DNA from: an uncultured virus (IMG/VR IMGVR_UViG_2643221865_000004)
Taxonomy: Duplodnaviria > Heunggongvirae > Uroviricota > Caudoviricetes
Reading direction: 5' to 3' (one strand)
Length of the DNA: 64,000 nt
IMG/VR virus record: IMGVR_UViG_2643221865_000004
A program made the translations under genes and the position numbers. How positions within the stretch are numbered: position 1 is the first letter of the stretch; every line of letters begins with the position of its first letter. Shown one piece after another: positions 1-9,847 of this stretch. The notes beneath the pieces are model-generated. The model was given only the letters and a program-made list of their open reading frames with translations, was not told the origin of the DNA and did no database searches.

Positions 1-3000
1 TGCCGGCTCCGCGGGGACGCCGAACATCTCCTCGTCAGACAGCTCATCGCCGAGAAGGTCGAGAAGGTCGTCGGGGACGTCTGCGGGGATGTCGAACTCG
101 TACATGTCGACCGGTGCGTCCACGGGGAACGGCAGGTCGATCAGGTCGTCCGGGACAGACGGTGCGGTCGGTGCTGTCGGCGTCTGGTCGACGGCAGGCG
201 CCGCGGGCAGTTCCGGTGCGGGGAGGCGGGAGTTGTCCTTCGCGCGTCCGTTCGGCCCGACAGCAGGTGGCTTCGACTTCGCCTTCTCGACGGGGGTCTT
301 CACCAGCTTCAGAAGCTGCAGAACCGGGACTTCGGGCAGTTCACGGGGTGCGCTGCGGGCGGTGTCCTGGATGAACGCTCCAACAGCCGGGTCGGTCAGG
401 CTGATCGGGAACACCCGGCGGAACGTCATCTCCTTCGTGGTGACGGTTTCGATGACGTTGCCGTCCTCATCCTCGACGTCGCGGGAGCGCATCTGCACGG
501 AACCGAACGCGGCGACGATCGAACCGACCTCCGGGGCGTTCCTCACCGTCTTCAGCGCGTCGTCCCACATGACGCCGGCGATCCGAGCGCCAGCAGCTTC
601 GAGGGTGATGTTGGCGCGTCGGCCCTTCGCGTACGGGGACTCCGCCCACTGAGACAGCAGCCCTGCAGTGAGGACGTCGGCGTTGTGGGTGTCGGGAATC
701 TTGTTGACCGGCTTCGCGCGGGCGCCCTGGCTTCGGGACACCTTCTGGAGGCGCCAGTCGTCGTCGAGCTCCACACCGGGCAGCGTCCACGCCATCATCT
801 GCTCGCGCAGGGACCGCAGCGGGTGTTCGCCGAGCGAAACTCCGAGACGGGCACGCTGACGCATCGACTTCTCCAGGATCCCGAACTCGGCGTCCGGGAT
901 CGGAAGCCTGGAGTTGCTGCGAAGCGCTCGGACCACCATCAGCTGGCCGAGGCGGGGGCCGAATGAGTCCATTGCTCCGGCTTCGATCAGGCCTTCCAGG
1001 CCTGCGATCGACGGAGCCTTCTTGTCGGGGACGTTGTAGAGGCGGGTGACGAGCGTCCCGAGACCGGTGAACGGAACCTTCGCGTGGTCGCGGATCTCTA
1101 CGATGTCCTCGCCGAGCTGGCCGACCTTGTCGATCTCAGCAAGGCCGATGCGGACGGAGAGGCCTTCCGGCGAGGTGACCTTCTGGGAACGGTTCACGTC
1201 GGGCGGGAGGATCTCCACGCCTTCCTCCTGGAGGGCGTCGATCGCGGCGAGGCGTCGTTCCTTCTCGCTGGTGGTTGCGAGGATCGCAGCGCCATACTCA
1301 GCCGGCCAGTTCGCTTTCAGGAACGCGGTGATGTACGAAATCTGGGCGTACGCGGCGGAGTGTGAGGCGTTGAACAGGTACGAAGCCGAACCCTTCATCG
1401 CCTCCATCAGCTTCTCGGCGGTCTCCCGCTTGAACTTGATGCTGGTGACGTTTCCGTTCTCGTCACGGAACTCCTGCACGGCGCCGTCGAGGAAGTACTT
1501 GGTGACCTCCGCCATGACGTCGGCCTTCTTCTTCGCCACCGCCTTGCGGAGCTTGGAGCGGAGGACAGCATCGAAGCCGGCGACGACTGAACCCAGACGC
1601 ATGAGCTGCTCCTGGTAGACCCATACGCCGTAGGTCTCACCGAGGACGGACGCGATGGCTTCCTGCTCTGCAGGGTCGTCGGTGAACTGGGAGTAGTCGA
1701 CCTGGGCGGTGCCGGCCTTACGGTCGGAGTACTGGTCGACCATGCCTGCGGACAGGGGTCCGGGGCGGAACAGGGCGAGGATGGCGGAGAGGTCGTTCAG
1801 TGACTCCGGTCCGACATCCTGTGCGACCTTCTTCATGCCGGACGATTCCATCTGGAACACACCGGCGGTCTGGCCGGCGCGGAGCACCGAGTAGGCCTTG
1901 TCGACGCGGGAGTCGCCCTTCGTGTTCGGGTGCGGGAGGTTGCGGGCGTCGAGGTGCTCGCCGGTGGTCTCCTCGATGAACTCGATCGCCTGGGAGACGA
2001 TGTCGAGGTTGCGGATGGAGAGGACGTCGAGCTTCAGCAGGCCGACGCCGGGGAAGTCGACGATGTCGGGGGCGTCCCATGCGGTGACTGCAGTCAGGCC
2101 GCCGGATGCCGCCTTCGACCGGTCACGGCGGAGAGGGATGAGTCCGCGGAGCGGCTCGTCGGAGAGGATGATGCCGCATGCGTGGATGCCTTCACCCTTC
2201 AACGTGCCGTTGATCTTCCGGGCGAGGTCCACGACGGTCTGCCCGTTCTCGCCGAGCTCGGCGAGTTCGGATCGGAACTTCTCGGTGCCGCCGTTGGTCA
2301 GGTCGAACAGCTCGTCGAACGTCGTCATGTTGGCGATCACCTTCGTCAGGCGGTTGCCGACGTCGGGGAGTTCCAGGACGCGAGCGGCGTCCTTGATGGC
2401 TGCTTTCGTCTGGGCGACAGCGTGGGTACCGATGCGGGCCACCTTGTCGCGGCCCCACTTGTACGCCAGGTAGGCGCGGACACGGTCGACGTAACGCTTC
2501 TCGAAGTCGATGTCGATGTCGGGCATGTCCTTGCGGCCAGGCTCCATGAACCGCTCGAACAGGAGGTTGTTCTCCAGAGGGTCGATGTCGACGATCTCCA
2601 GGCAGTAAGACATGACGGCACCTGCCGCGGAGCCGCGGCCAGGCCCGACGAGGATGCCCTTCTCGATCGGCTCCCAGTCGGGGAGGTTGCCGTCCTCGCG
2701 GGCCCACTTGATGAGGTCCCACACGATAAGGAAGTAGTCGTCGAATCCCTGGCTGTGAACGATCTCCGTCTCCATCTGGAGACGTTCGCGGATCTCCGCG
2801 GTCATCCCGTCCGGGTAGCGCTTCTTCGCGCCTTCGCGGATCAGCATCTTCAGGAACGAGTGAGCGTCGGCGTAGCCGTCCGGCACCGGGTACTTCGGCA
2901 GGTGCAGCTTCGGGACGGGGAGGACGTTGTCGTCGAACCGTTCCGCCACCTTCACGGTGTTGTCGCAGGCGACCTGCCACCACGGCTCCGGGCGGAGGGC

Positions 3001-3936
3001 ACGCATCTCAGCTTCGGAGCGGAGGTGGTAGCCACGGCCGTGGAACTGGAACCGCTTCGGGTCGGACAGGACGGAGCCGGACTGCACAGCAAGCCACGCG
3101 CCGTGGGTGTCGTGGTCGTCGGCGTGGGTGTAGTGGGCGTCGTTGGTGGCGACGACGGGGAGGTTGTACTCGGCTGCCAGGTCCACGGCCGCCTGCAAGG
3201 CGATGGACTCGGACTCGATGCCGTGCTCCATGATCTCCACGTACACGTTGTCGTGACCGACAGCGTCGATGACTCGGTCCAGGCCGCGGCGGGCTTCAGC
3301 CATCGCGTCATCAGCCTTCGCCTGCCAGTCCGCGGCACGGGCCGGGTCGGAGATGACCTTGTTGAGGGCGGTGACGTGACGGGATACAGGTCCGAGGACA
3401 GGGCCGCCGAGGCAGCCGGTGAGGGCGATGATGCCTTCCGAGTACTGCTTCAGGAGGGTGTAGTCGATGCGCGGCTTCATGTAGTAGCCGGACTCCTCGG
3501 AGATGTCCATGATCGTCGCGAGGTTCTTCCACCCGGTCGGCGTCGTCGCGAACAGGGTGAGGTGCTGGTAGTACTTCCGCTTCTGGTCGCTCTTCTTCGA
3601 GCCGCCACGCTCTGCGGCGTCCTCATCGACGGAGGACTCATCGTCCCGGTCGACGAGCATGGAGTCGCGCTGGGTGCGGTCAGGCTCCTGCTGCCAGGTG
3701 GGGGCGACGGCGACGTACACCTCAACACCGACGAGCGGCTTGATGCCGGCCTCGCGGCAGGCGTTGTTCAGCTGCCATGCTCCGCCGACGGTTCCGTGGT
3801 CGGTGCAGGCGAAAGCGGGCTGGCCGTCAGCGACGGCGAGCTTCACACCGTCCTTGATCTTCACCATCCCGTCCAGAGAGGAGAACTCGGTGTGGACGTG
3901 CAGGTGCACGAACCCGCCGGTGGTGGGTGCGTTCAT
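1..3936 (-). CDS. dnaE: DNA polymerase III alpha subunit; 3' end runs off the window
   Basis: Absent from the ORF track because there is no stop in the window. ATG at 3936 gives MNAPTTGGFVHLHVHTEFSSLDG with PHP motifs TDHG, TGCLGG, ATNDAHY, then GRGSAAG and the catalytic MPDIDIDFE. Acidic/Pro-rich tail at the left edge. Confidence 0.95.
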   Translation of the reverse strand, partial: MNAPTTGGFVHLHVHTEFSSLDGMVKIKDGVKLAVADGQPAFACTDHGTVGGAWQLNNACREAGIKPLVGVEVYVAVAPTWQQEPDRTQRDSMLVDRDDESSVDEDAAERGGSKKSDQKRKYYQHLTLFATTPTGWKNLATIMDISEESGYYMKPRIDYTLLKQYSEGIIALTGCLGGPVLGPVSRHVTALNKVISDPARAADWQAKADDAMAEARRGLDRVIDAVGHDNVYVEIMEHGIESESIALQAAVDLAAEYNLPVVATNDAHYTHADDHDTHGAWLAVQSGSVLSDPKRFQFHGRGYHLRSEAEMRALRPEPWWQVACDNTVKVAERFDDNVLPVPKLHLPKYPVPDGYADAHSFLKMLIREGAKKRYPDGMTAEIRERLQMETEIVHSQGFDDYFLIVWDLIKWAREDGNLPDWEPIEKGILVGPGRGSAAGAVMSYCLEIVDIDPLENNLLFERFMEPGRKDMPDIDIDFEKRYVDRVRAYLAYKWGRDKVARIGTHAVAQTKAAIKDAARVLELPDVGNRLTKVIANMTTFDELFDLTNGGTEKFRSELAELGENGQTVVDLARKINGTLKGEGIHACGIILSDEPLRGLIPLRRDRSKAASGGLTAVTAWDAPDIVDFPGVGLLKLDVLSIRNLDIVSQAIEFIEETTGEHLDARNLPHPNTKGDSRVDKAYSVLRAGQTAGVFQMESSGMKKVAQDVGPESLNDLSAILALFRPGPLSAGMVDQYSDRKAGTAQVDYSQFTDDPAEQEAIASVLGETYGVWVYQEQLMRLGSVVAGFDAVLRSKLRKAVAKKKADVMAEVTKYFLDGAVQEFRDENGNVTSIKFKRETAEKLMEAMKGSASYLFNASHSAAYAQISYITAFLKANWPAEYGAAILATTSEKERRLAAIDALQEEGVEILPPDVNRSQKVTSPEGLSVRIGLAEIDKVGQLGEDIVEIRDHAKVPFTGLGTLVTRLYNVPDKKAPSIAGLEGLIEAGAMDSFGPRLGQLMVVRALRSNSRLPIPDAEFGILEKSMRQRARLGVSLGEHPLRSLREQMMAWTLPGVELDDDWRLQKVSRSQGARAKPVNKIPDTHNADVLTAGLLSQWAESPYAKGRRANITLEAAGARIAGVMWDDALKTVRNAPEVGSIVAAFGSVQMRSRDVEDEDGNVIETVTTKEMTFRRVFPISLTDPAVGAFIQDTARSAPRELPEVPVLQLLKLVKTPVEKAKSKPPAVGPNGRAKDNSRLPAPELPAAPAVDQTPTAPTAPSVPDDLIDLPFPVDAPVDMYEFDIPADVPDDLLDLLGDELSDEEMFGVPAEPA

Positions 3937-3958
3937 AACGGCCTCGTGTGCTGAAAGA

Positions 3959-4117
3959 TCAGTGGTTGACAAGAGCGAACACCGCCCCCGCGGTGACCAA
4001 GATCCAGAACGGAGCGGCAAACAAGAGGCCGAACCCGATTCCGCGGAAAGTTGTGACCGATTCGCGGAAGTCGAGCTCGGCAGAGCCGGCGTGCTGGGCG
4101 GGGGCGATGTTCTTCAT
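3959..4117 (-). CDS. 52-aa single-TM small protein upstream of dnaE
   Basis: MKNIAPAQHAGSAELDFRESVTTFRGIGFGLLFAAPFWILVTAGAVFALVNH*; the ATG lies 7 nt downstream of the CCGCGCATA motif. Confidence 0.6.
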   Translation of the reverse strand: MKNIAPAQHAGSAELDFRESVTTFRGIGFGLLFAAPFWILVTAGAVFALVNH

Positions 4118-4122
4118 AGGGT

Positions 4123-4151
4123 TCTATGCGCGGGCAGGATGGCCGGCTGTC
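4123..4151 (-). promoter_or_regulatory. Putative promoter, replication subclass GACAGCCGGC-N8-CGCGCATAGA
   Basis: Same bipartite motif as at 9848, 10478 and 20733; sits immediately upstream of a start codon. Confidence 0.6.
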
Positions 4152-4214
4152 CATTTCGTGGACAGGCGCGCTCACGAGGACGGAAGACCATCGGCCTCGA
4201 GGCGCGTCCGTCCG

Positions 4215-4808
4215 CTACGACGGCGGGGTGTTCTCCACGGTCGCCGGAGCTGCATCGTCAGCATCTGGAAGCCCGGCCCGTCGGCGCTTGGTGATCCGCA
4301 CGATCGACGGGATCAGAAGGATGGTTGCCGCAACCTCGCCGGGCAGAACTCCCCACAGCCCGAACCACGCCTTGTAGATGATCCAGACGACGGACCCGGC
4401 GAAGATCATCCATTTGACCGTCAGTACGTCACGCAACCCCAGGCCCACCACGACGAACCCACAGCCGAGGATGGGCAGCCACTCGAAGCCGTTGTCCGGC
4501 CAGCCGTTCGCCCACACGTAGGCGACCCAGATGGCGACGAGGAAGAACCCGGTCACCGTCCACCGCGCCGCCTCAGACTTCAGCTGCCACCTTTCCACCA
4601 CGATGCCGCGGACGAAGTTCACCACCGATACCGCCACCGCACCCCAGGCTCCCAGGACCGCGTCGGACACAGCGAAGAACGCGGCGGCCGCGACGTTGGA
4701 AGCCACAGTCCGTTTCCGGGAGATCGTCCACGACGAGTACAAGAGCAGACCGCCGGCAACAACACCGAGAGCCTGACCGACCCACCACCAAACGTTCGAG
4801 AAGTCCAT
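4215..4808 (-). CDS. YgjV-like multi-pass membrane protein
   Basis: Several hydrophobic helices; LGAWGAVAVSVVNFVRG pattern typical of Imp-YgjV; CGCCACATG 10 nt upstream. Confidence 0.65.
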   Translation of the reverse strand: MDFSNVWWWVGQALGVVAGGLLLYSSWTISRKRTVASNVAAAAFFAVSDAVLGAWGAVAVSVVNFVRGIVVERWQLKSEAARWTVTGFFLVAIWVAYVWANGWPDNGFEWLPILGCGFVVVGLGLRDVLTVKWMIFAGSVVWIIYKAWFGLWGVLPGEVAATILLIPSIVRITKRRRAGLPDADDAAPATVENTPPS

Positions 4809-4848
4809 ACCGGCCAGCCATGTGGCGTGGCGTGTACTCGCGAACCGG

Positions 4849-5484
4849 TCAGCCGGCGGTCGGCACCAACTCCATGGACCCGGCGATCGCCTTGAACGTG
4901 TCGACGGACTTGCCGGAGCGTTCCGCGACGTCGTAGATCCGGTAGGTGTGCTCGTCGGTGACGACAGTCAGCTGGAACGTGTCCGGGTGAGCCCACCCTG
5001 CCGCGTCATCTTCGGTGGTGTCCACAGCTGACGTCTGGCCGTACACGGCGTACGCCCCGTCGACGGGAACAGTGAAACGGGAAGCCGGTCCGATCGGTCC
5101 GTCCTTCGGGTAGTCGAACTCGACGGTGGATTCACGGTCCGAAGCTGACACCCACATGGTCGCCGGCGACTTCCGGTCCTCAGGGCCGAACAGCACGAAC
5201 TCGTGGCCGAGGTCGGCGCTGATGTCAGCACCGTTCCCCGCCTGCAGATCCACCCAGGATGCCGGCACCTTGAAACGGAGCTCACCGACCGTCAACGGCT
5301 TCCAGTCATCGCCGGGCTCAACAGTTGCCAGCGTGGGGAGCTTCCCGACCGGAGTGTCGACGGTCGCGCCGGACGCTTCGAACGCCGGGGCGGTTCCCGT
5401 GGGGAGCAGCGCGCAGCCAGCCAGCGACGATGCGATGACAGCGGCGGCCACCAGGGCAGCGACAGGGCGGGCGGTGATCTTCAT
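4849..5484 (-). CDS. Putative lipoprotein
   Basis: MKITARP... signal peptide with lipobox LAGC; AAGGAG RBS before ATG 5484. Confidence 0.7.
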   Translation of the reverse strand: MKITARPVAALVAAAVIASSLAGCALLPTGTAPAFEASGATVDTPVGKLPTLATVEPGDDWKPLTVGELRFKVPASWVDLQAGNGADISADLGHEFVLFGPEDRKSPATMWVSASDRESTVEFDYPKDGPIGPASRFTVPVDGAYAVYGQTSAVDTTEDDAAGWAHPDTFQLTVVTDEHTYRIYDVAERSGKSVDTFKAIAGSMELVPTAG

Positions 5485-5572
5485 GACGGACTCCTTCGTG
5501 GTCTGCAGGGAAGCCATGTGGCGGGCATGCGAAAGGCCGGGCAGCAGCTGCCCGGCCTCCACATGTCACGTC

Positions 5573-6196
5573 CTACTTGTCGAACGACACCTCAGCGGCG
5601 TCCTCGGAGCCAGCTGCGGCCTGGAAGTACTCGAACTTCTCACCCTGGCCGAGCAGGTTCGCGACCAGCACCGTCGGGAACGAAGACACCTGAGTGTTAA
5701 ACACACGGGCGGCGTCGTTGTAGTCACCGCGGGCGACCGTGATCCGGTTCTCGGTACCTTCCAGCTGCGACTGCAGGTTCAGGAACCCATCCTGCGACTT
5801 CAGCTGCGGGTACGCCTCAGCGACCGCCAGCAGCTTCCCGATGCCGGCACCCAAGTCAGCTTGCGCCTTCTCGAACGCGGCGACCTCAGCCTCCGACGGG
5901 TTCTCGCCCAGGTGGACGCCGGTCGCCTTCGAACGCGCCGCAACCACCTCAGACAACGTCGTCTTCTCCACCTCCGACGCTTCCTTCACCGCAGCGACCA
6001 AGTTCGGGATCAGGTCCGCGCGGCGCTGGTACTGCGCATCCAAGTCAGACAGGGTGGCGTTCACCGTCTCACGCGAGGACACCACACCGTTGTACGTGCC
6101 GACCACCGAACCGGAGGACAGCATCACCACCAGGGCGGCGCCGCCGATCCAGAACCACTTCGCGTAGCTCTTCGGGGAGGTTGTCTCGTCGCCCAT
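5573..6196 (-). CDS. lemA: LemA family protein
   Basis: N-terminal TM, YQRRADLIPNLV, AVAEAYPQLKS, LEGTENRITVARGDYN. Start assigned to ATG 6196. Confidence 0.92.
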   Translation of the reverse strand: MGDETTSPKSYAKWFWIGGAALVVMLSSGSVVGTYNGVVSSRETVNATLSDLDAQYQRRADLIPNLVAAVKEASEVEKTTLSEVVAARSKATGVHLGENPSEAEVAAFEKAQADLGAGIGKLLAVAEAYPQLKSQDGFLNLQSQLEGTENRITVARGDYNDAARVFNTQVSSFPTVLVANLLGQGEKFEYFQAAAGSEDAAEVSFDK

Positions 6197-6239
6197 CAGG
6201 GCCTCCAAATGTTCAAGGCACGCATCGCGCGCAGAGTGG

Positions 6240-6764
6240 TCAGGCTGCAGTTGCAAGCCGGGCGCGGCGGTACGCCGCAACCCAGGTGCCGAGCGGAGCG
6301 ACATAGATCGTCGGCGAACCCGCCCGGGTGACGATCCCGACAGCGGCGTCCGGGGCTGGGTGCTTCTTCGCCCACTCGGCCGCGGCGGTGGCCGCTTTGT
6401 GTTCGACCGGCGGCGCTGTGAGGTCCTCCGGCCATTCGACGACGGACGCGAGCCACTTCTGGTGCGGTCCGCGGGCGTTGTGCATCTTCACCATGCCGAG
6501 CGCGTAAGGCTGTTCGGCGTTCTTCGCCTGGTCGACACTGGTGACTGCAGCGTCGTACATGGCCTTCGACAGGTACTGCGGCTTGAACACCTTCACCTGC
6601 ACGGCCGCGTCGGGGAAGACGCGGAGGTCACCCTCGTCGTCTTTCCGGCCGGCGCCGAGCATCCGGCGGGGGTTGCGGACGACGAGGTCTGGACAGAGGG
6701 CGACGAGGAACTCGACTGCGTCACGCTCCCCCTTGTCGCCCTTGTTCTTGTTCGCGTTCACCAT
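6240..6764 (-). CDS. Holliday junction resolvase-like PD-(D/E)XK nuclease
   Basis: NKNKGDKGER...GDL...AVQVK pattern of phage/archaeal Hjc-type resolvases; coupled to the primase-helicase. Confidence 0.75.
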   Translation of the reverse strand: MVNANKNKGDKGERDAVEFLVALCPDLVVRNPRRMLGAGRKDDEGDLRVFPDAAVQVKVFKPQYLSKAMYDAAVTSVDQAKNAEQPYALGMVKMHNARGPHQKWLASVVEWPEDLTAPPVEHKAATAAAEWAKKHPAPDAAVGIVTRAGSPTIYVAPLGTWVAAYRRARLATAA

Positions 6765-9700
6765 CAGTCGAACTCGCTCTCGACCTCGACGGGCTTCGCC
6801 TCGGGCTCGGGGAGCTCGTCGTTGAGGAGCAGGTCGACGTGGATGGGAACTCCGCGCTGGCTCTTGCCACCGTTGCGGAACACCTTCGTGGCGCGGTTGC
6901 CGTCACGGTCGGTGTAGCGCGGGTGGGACAGGCCCTCGTTCCAGACGCTGTTGAAGGAGACGCTGGCCATCGTTCCGGACGGCAGCAGGTGCGGGTAGGC
7001 GCGCTGTGCCATCTCGAACGCGTTGGTGGCGTTCAGCATCACCATGTCGTCTCCGACCAACCAGCCGATGGAGGTGCCGAGCGGGCGGAGCTTGTCCTGG
7101 CTGTCGGCACGCCATCCCATCTGGTTGTTCATGAACGGGGTTCCGTTCGGGTACGGCGGGATGCCGGGGTCGTTGGCGTTGAGGATGTGGGCGCGACCGG
7201 ACGCGATCAGAAGACGGATCGCCTCCATGAGCGAGCGTCCCGGGGTGACCTCGGCCTGCGACTGGAACGATCCGGAGACGAGCTGGGCGATGAGCTCCAG
7301 CAGGTTGCCCTTCTTCTTCGGGTCGAGGAGCTTCAGCCACTCCTTGTCGCCGACCATCTCTGCGAGGACCTCGATGGAGAGCAGTCCGAGCATCAGGTCG
7401 ACAGCCATGCCGATGTGACGGTCGGGAGCCTTGCCTTCGATCTTCCGACCGTCGGAGGTGACGGCGGTGATGACCTTGCGGGCAACCTCCTCGTACCGGG
7501 CCGCCGCACCGCGAACGATGTGCTCCAGCGTGTTGGCCCACCCGTTGTGGACGGCGAGGGTCTGGTATGCCTGCACGGCTTCGACGGTGATCCGTCCCGG
7601 GGTGGCGTCGTGGTCGCGGAACTCAACCATGTCGGTTGCGTGCTCGTTGAGGGCGTCCTTGTCGAGGTTCAGGATGACGGTGCGGTCGCGGACCGAGTTG
7701 ACGGTGTGCTCGTTCTCGGCGGTCGCGATCAGGAGAGCCTTCGGCTCGAAGACCTCTCGGGCCTTCAGCTCGGTGCCGGATCGACGCTTCGCGGTCTTGT
7801 TGTGGACGGAGCGGACGATGTCGCCGAGCTTGGACTGCTCCATCTCGGACTGGCGCTTGTCTGCGGAGGGGGCGAGGTCGTCCATGACCCAGATGTTGGT
7901 CTGGGCGAGGGCCTGCTCGACGGAGGTGCCGGTGTCCTTCATGGATCCGGGGAGCATCTTGTTGGACCAGGTCTTGCGGGCCTGCCAGAACGCCAGGATC
8001 ATCGACACGGTCCAGGACTTGCCGCCACCTGGTGCGCCGACGGCGTACAGGACGGTGGTGTTGGGCACCGGGACGGTGGGGCGGAGTCCGCCGGCGATGA
8101 CGGCTGCTGCGATCTGCTTGTTCGTCCATGCGCCCTTGGTGATGAAGCGGTCGCGGAGGGTGTTGAGGTCTGTTCGGACCAGCTCCTTCCATTCATCGGT
8201 TCCGGGCTCGGGGTCGACGACGGGGAGGCTGAACTTGGCGGATCCGGGGAGGACGACCTCGTTGACTCCGGGGATCGTCTTCAGGCGGTCGGATTCGCTG
8301 GCGGCGATGACGGTCTTGCCGGAGATGAACGCGCAGACCTTGGAGCCTTCCACGGGGACGTAGCCCATGGCGGACCAGGAGACGTGCTCGCGGAGAGGGG
8401 TGTCGCGGTTCGCCTTGATCGCCTTCAGCCAGCTGCTTCCGGTCTGGCCGGTGTAGGGCCACTCAGGGTGGATGAGCAGGCTGTTGGGGATGTCAGCCTT
8501 CCGCTTGTGCCACTCCGACGGCGGGTCGGCGAGGATGGTGGAGGGGCCGGTGACGTCGGCGGTCATCTCGTCGCCGTCTTCGTTCAGCCACTGCAGGTGG
8601 ATACGGACGATCGAGGAGGACGGGACGTCCTGCTCCTGGACGCCTTCACCGAAGACTGCAGTCTCGACCTCACGCTCGGTGGGGGCGCGGTGGGTTTCCA
8701 ACGCGGCGATGTAGCCGCCGATGTTTCCCTGGGTGACCCACTGGGCGATCTTGTTGCCGAACGGGTCTTCCTTCTCGACGTACGCTGCGACGGAGTTCCC
8801 GTCCTCGGCGACGCGCCATGTTCCGACGGGCTCGTCGTCGCGCTTGATGGCCGGCTGCGGGGGCAGCTGCATGGTGAGGCGGGCGAGGATGTCGTCCCAG
8901 TCGCCGTGGCGGACGAGGAAGTCGTCGATGCCGACCTTCTCCGCCTTGACGGGGGTGTTCGCTCCGGTGGACTTGGCGTTCTCCTCGTCGATGAGGTTGG
9001 CGACCTTGTCGTCGAAGTCGACGATGTCGAGGTCGACGAGGTTGACGATGGCGCCCTTGCCCTGGGTGTAGCCCCACAGGTCGTTCGCCTGCTTCCAGAC
9101 GTTGTAGTTGGTGGCGATGTCACCGTCGAACGCGAGCAGGAGCTGGCGGCCGCGGAGCGGCATGCTGATCCAGACTTCGTTGTTCTTCCAGTTCGCGACT
9201 CCGACGAAGGACAGGATGGTGACGCGCTTCTCCTCGGGGATGCTCATCATCAGCTTTCCGAGCTTGTCGATCGCCTCGACACGGGTGAGCCCGTTGTTCT
9301 GGAGCTCCTCCTCGGGGATGCCGTTGGCGCGGAGCTGGGCGGTGAGGGCGGCGTCGCCCTTGATGACGCCCTCGGTGATGAGGAGCTTCGGTGAGGACGA
9401 GTACCACTCCAGCGGGGTGCCGGGGTTGACGTCGATGACGGACGGCTGGTCCTTCAGGTTCTCGTACTTCATCAGCTTGCCGGTGGCGGGGTTACGTCGC
9501 GGGCTGCCCGGGCGCAGCTGCATGCTGGTGAAGATGGGCGGCTGGGAGCGGCGGTGGGCTTCGGCGACCTGGTCGGCGGAGTACCACAGCAGGACGAGTG
9601 CGTCGGCGTACTGGGTGACGGTGGCGACCTGGTTGTACTGCTTGGAGTTGGCGTTGCCGAGGCGGTGCTGCTTGGCGAAGTCCTTCACCTGCTCGGACTC

Positions 9701-9841
9701 GAGGGTCTCGTATCCGCGGGCTGCTGCCACGAGCGGAGCGACGCCGGAGTCGGCGAGTTTCTGGGCGCCAGTGAACTTGATGCCGGACGGGGCGTAGTCG
9801 GCGGAGATCCAGGGGGTGCGCGGAGTGGATGAATTGGTCAT
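6764..9841 (-). CDS. Primase-helicase (DUF3854-like TOPRIM plus DUF927/SF3-type P-loop helicase); likely replication initiator
   Basis: LLITEGVIKGD, LAFDGD, KVGIDDFL (TOPRIM); Walker A GAPGGGKS, Walker B WVMDD, sensor ATAEN. Start at ATG 9841 directly after the promoter motif. Confidence 0.8.
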   Translation of the reverse strand: MTNSSTPRTPWISADYAPSGIKFTGAQKLADSGVAPLVAAARGYETLESEQVKDFAKQHRLGNANSKQYNQVATVTQYADALVLLWYSADQVAEAHRRSQPPIFTSMQLRPGSPRRNPATGKLMKYENLKDQPSVIDVNPGTPLEWYSSSPKLLITEGVIKGDAALTAQLRANGIPEEELQNNGLTRVEAIDKLGKLMMSIPEEKRVTILSFVGVANWKNNEVWISMPLRGRQLLLAFDGDIATNYNVWKQANDLWGYTQGKGAIVNLVDLDIVDFDDKVANLIDEENAKSTGANTPVKAEKVGIDDFLVRHGDWDDILARLTMQLPPQPAIKRDDEPVGTWRVAEDGNSVAAYVEKEDPFGNKIAQWVTQGNIGGYIAALETHRAPTEREVETAVFGEGVQEQDVPSSSIVRIHLQWLNEDGDEMTADVTGPSTILADPPSEWHKRKADIPNSLLIHPEWPYTGQTGSSWLKAIKANRDTPLREHVSWSAMGYVPVEGSKVCAFISGKTVIAASESDRLKTIPGVNEVVLPGSAKFSLPVVDPEPGTDEWKELVRTDLNTLRDRFITKGAWTNKQIAAAVIAGGLRPTVPVPNTTVLYAVGAPGGGKSWTVSMILAFWQARKTWSNKMLPGSMKDTGTSVEQALAQTNIWVMDDLAPSADKRQSEMEQSKLGDIVRSVHNKTAKRRSGTELKAREVFEPKALLIATAENEHTVNSVRDRTVILNLDKDALNEHATDMVEFRDHDATPGRITVEAVQAYQTLAVHNGWANTLEHIVRGAAARYEEVARKVITAVTSDGRKIEGKAPDRHIGMAVDLMLGLLSIEVLAEMVGDKEWLKLLDPKKKGNLLELIAQLVSGSFQSQAEVTPGRSLMEAIRLLIASGRAHILNANDPGIPPYPNGTPFMNNQMGWRADSQDKLRPLGTSIGWLVGDDMVMLNATNAFEMAQRAYPHLLPSGTMASVSFNSVWNEGLSHPRYTDRDGNRATKVFRNGGKSQRGVPIHVDLLLNDELPEPEAKPVEVESEFD

Positions 9842-9847
9842 GGGGTC

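Noticed and set aside
1..3936. Possible intein in the long DnaE
   Set aside because: No intein splice or LAGLIDADG motifs noticed; the extra length is explained by the C-terminal low-complexity tail.
1930..3954. 674-aa + strand ORF
   Set aside because: Antisense shadow of dnaE; long shadow ORFs are expected at high GC.
6839..9394. 851-aa + strand ORF
   Set aside because: Antisense shadow of the primase-helicase.
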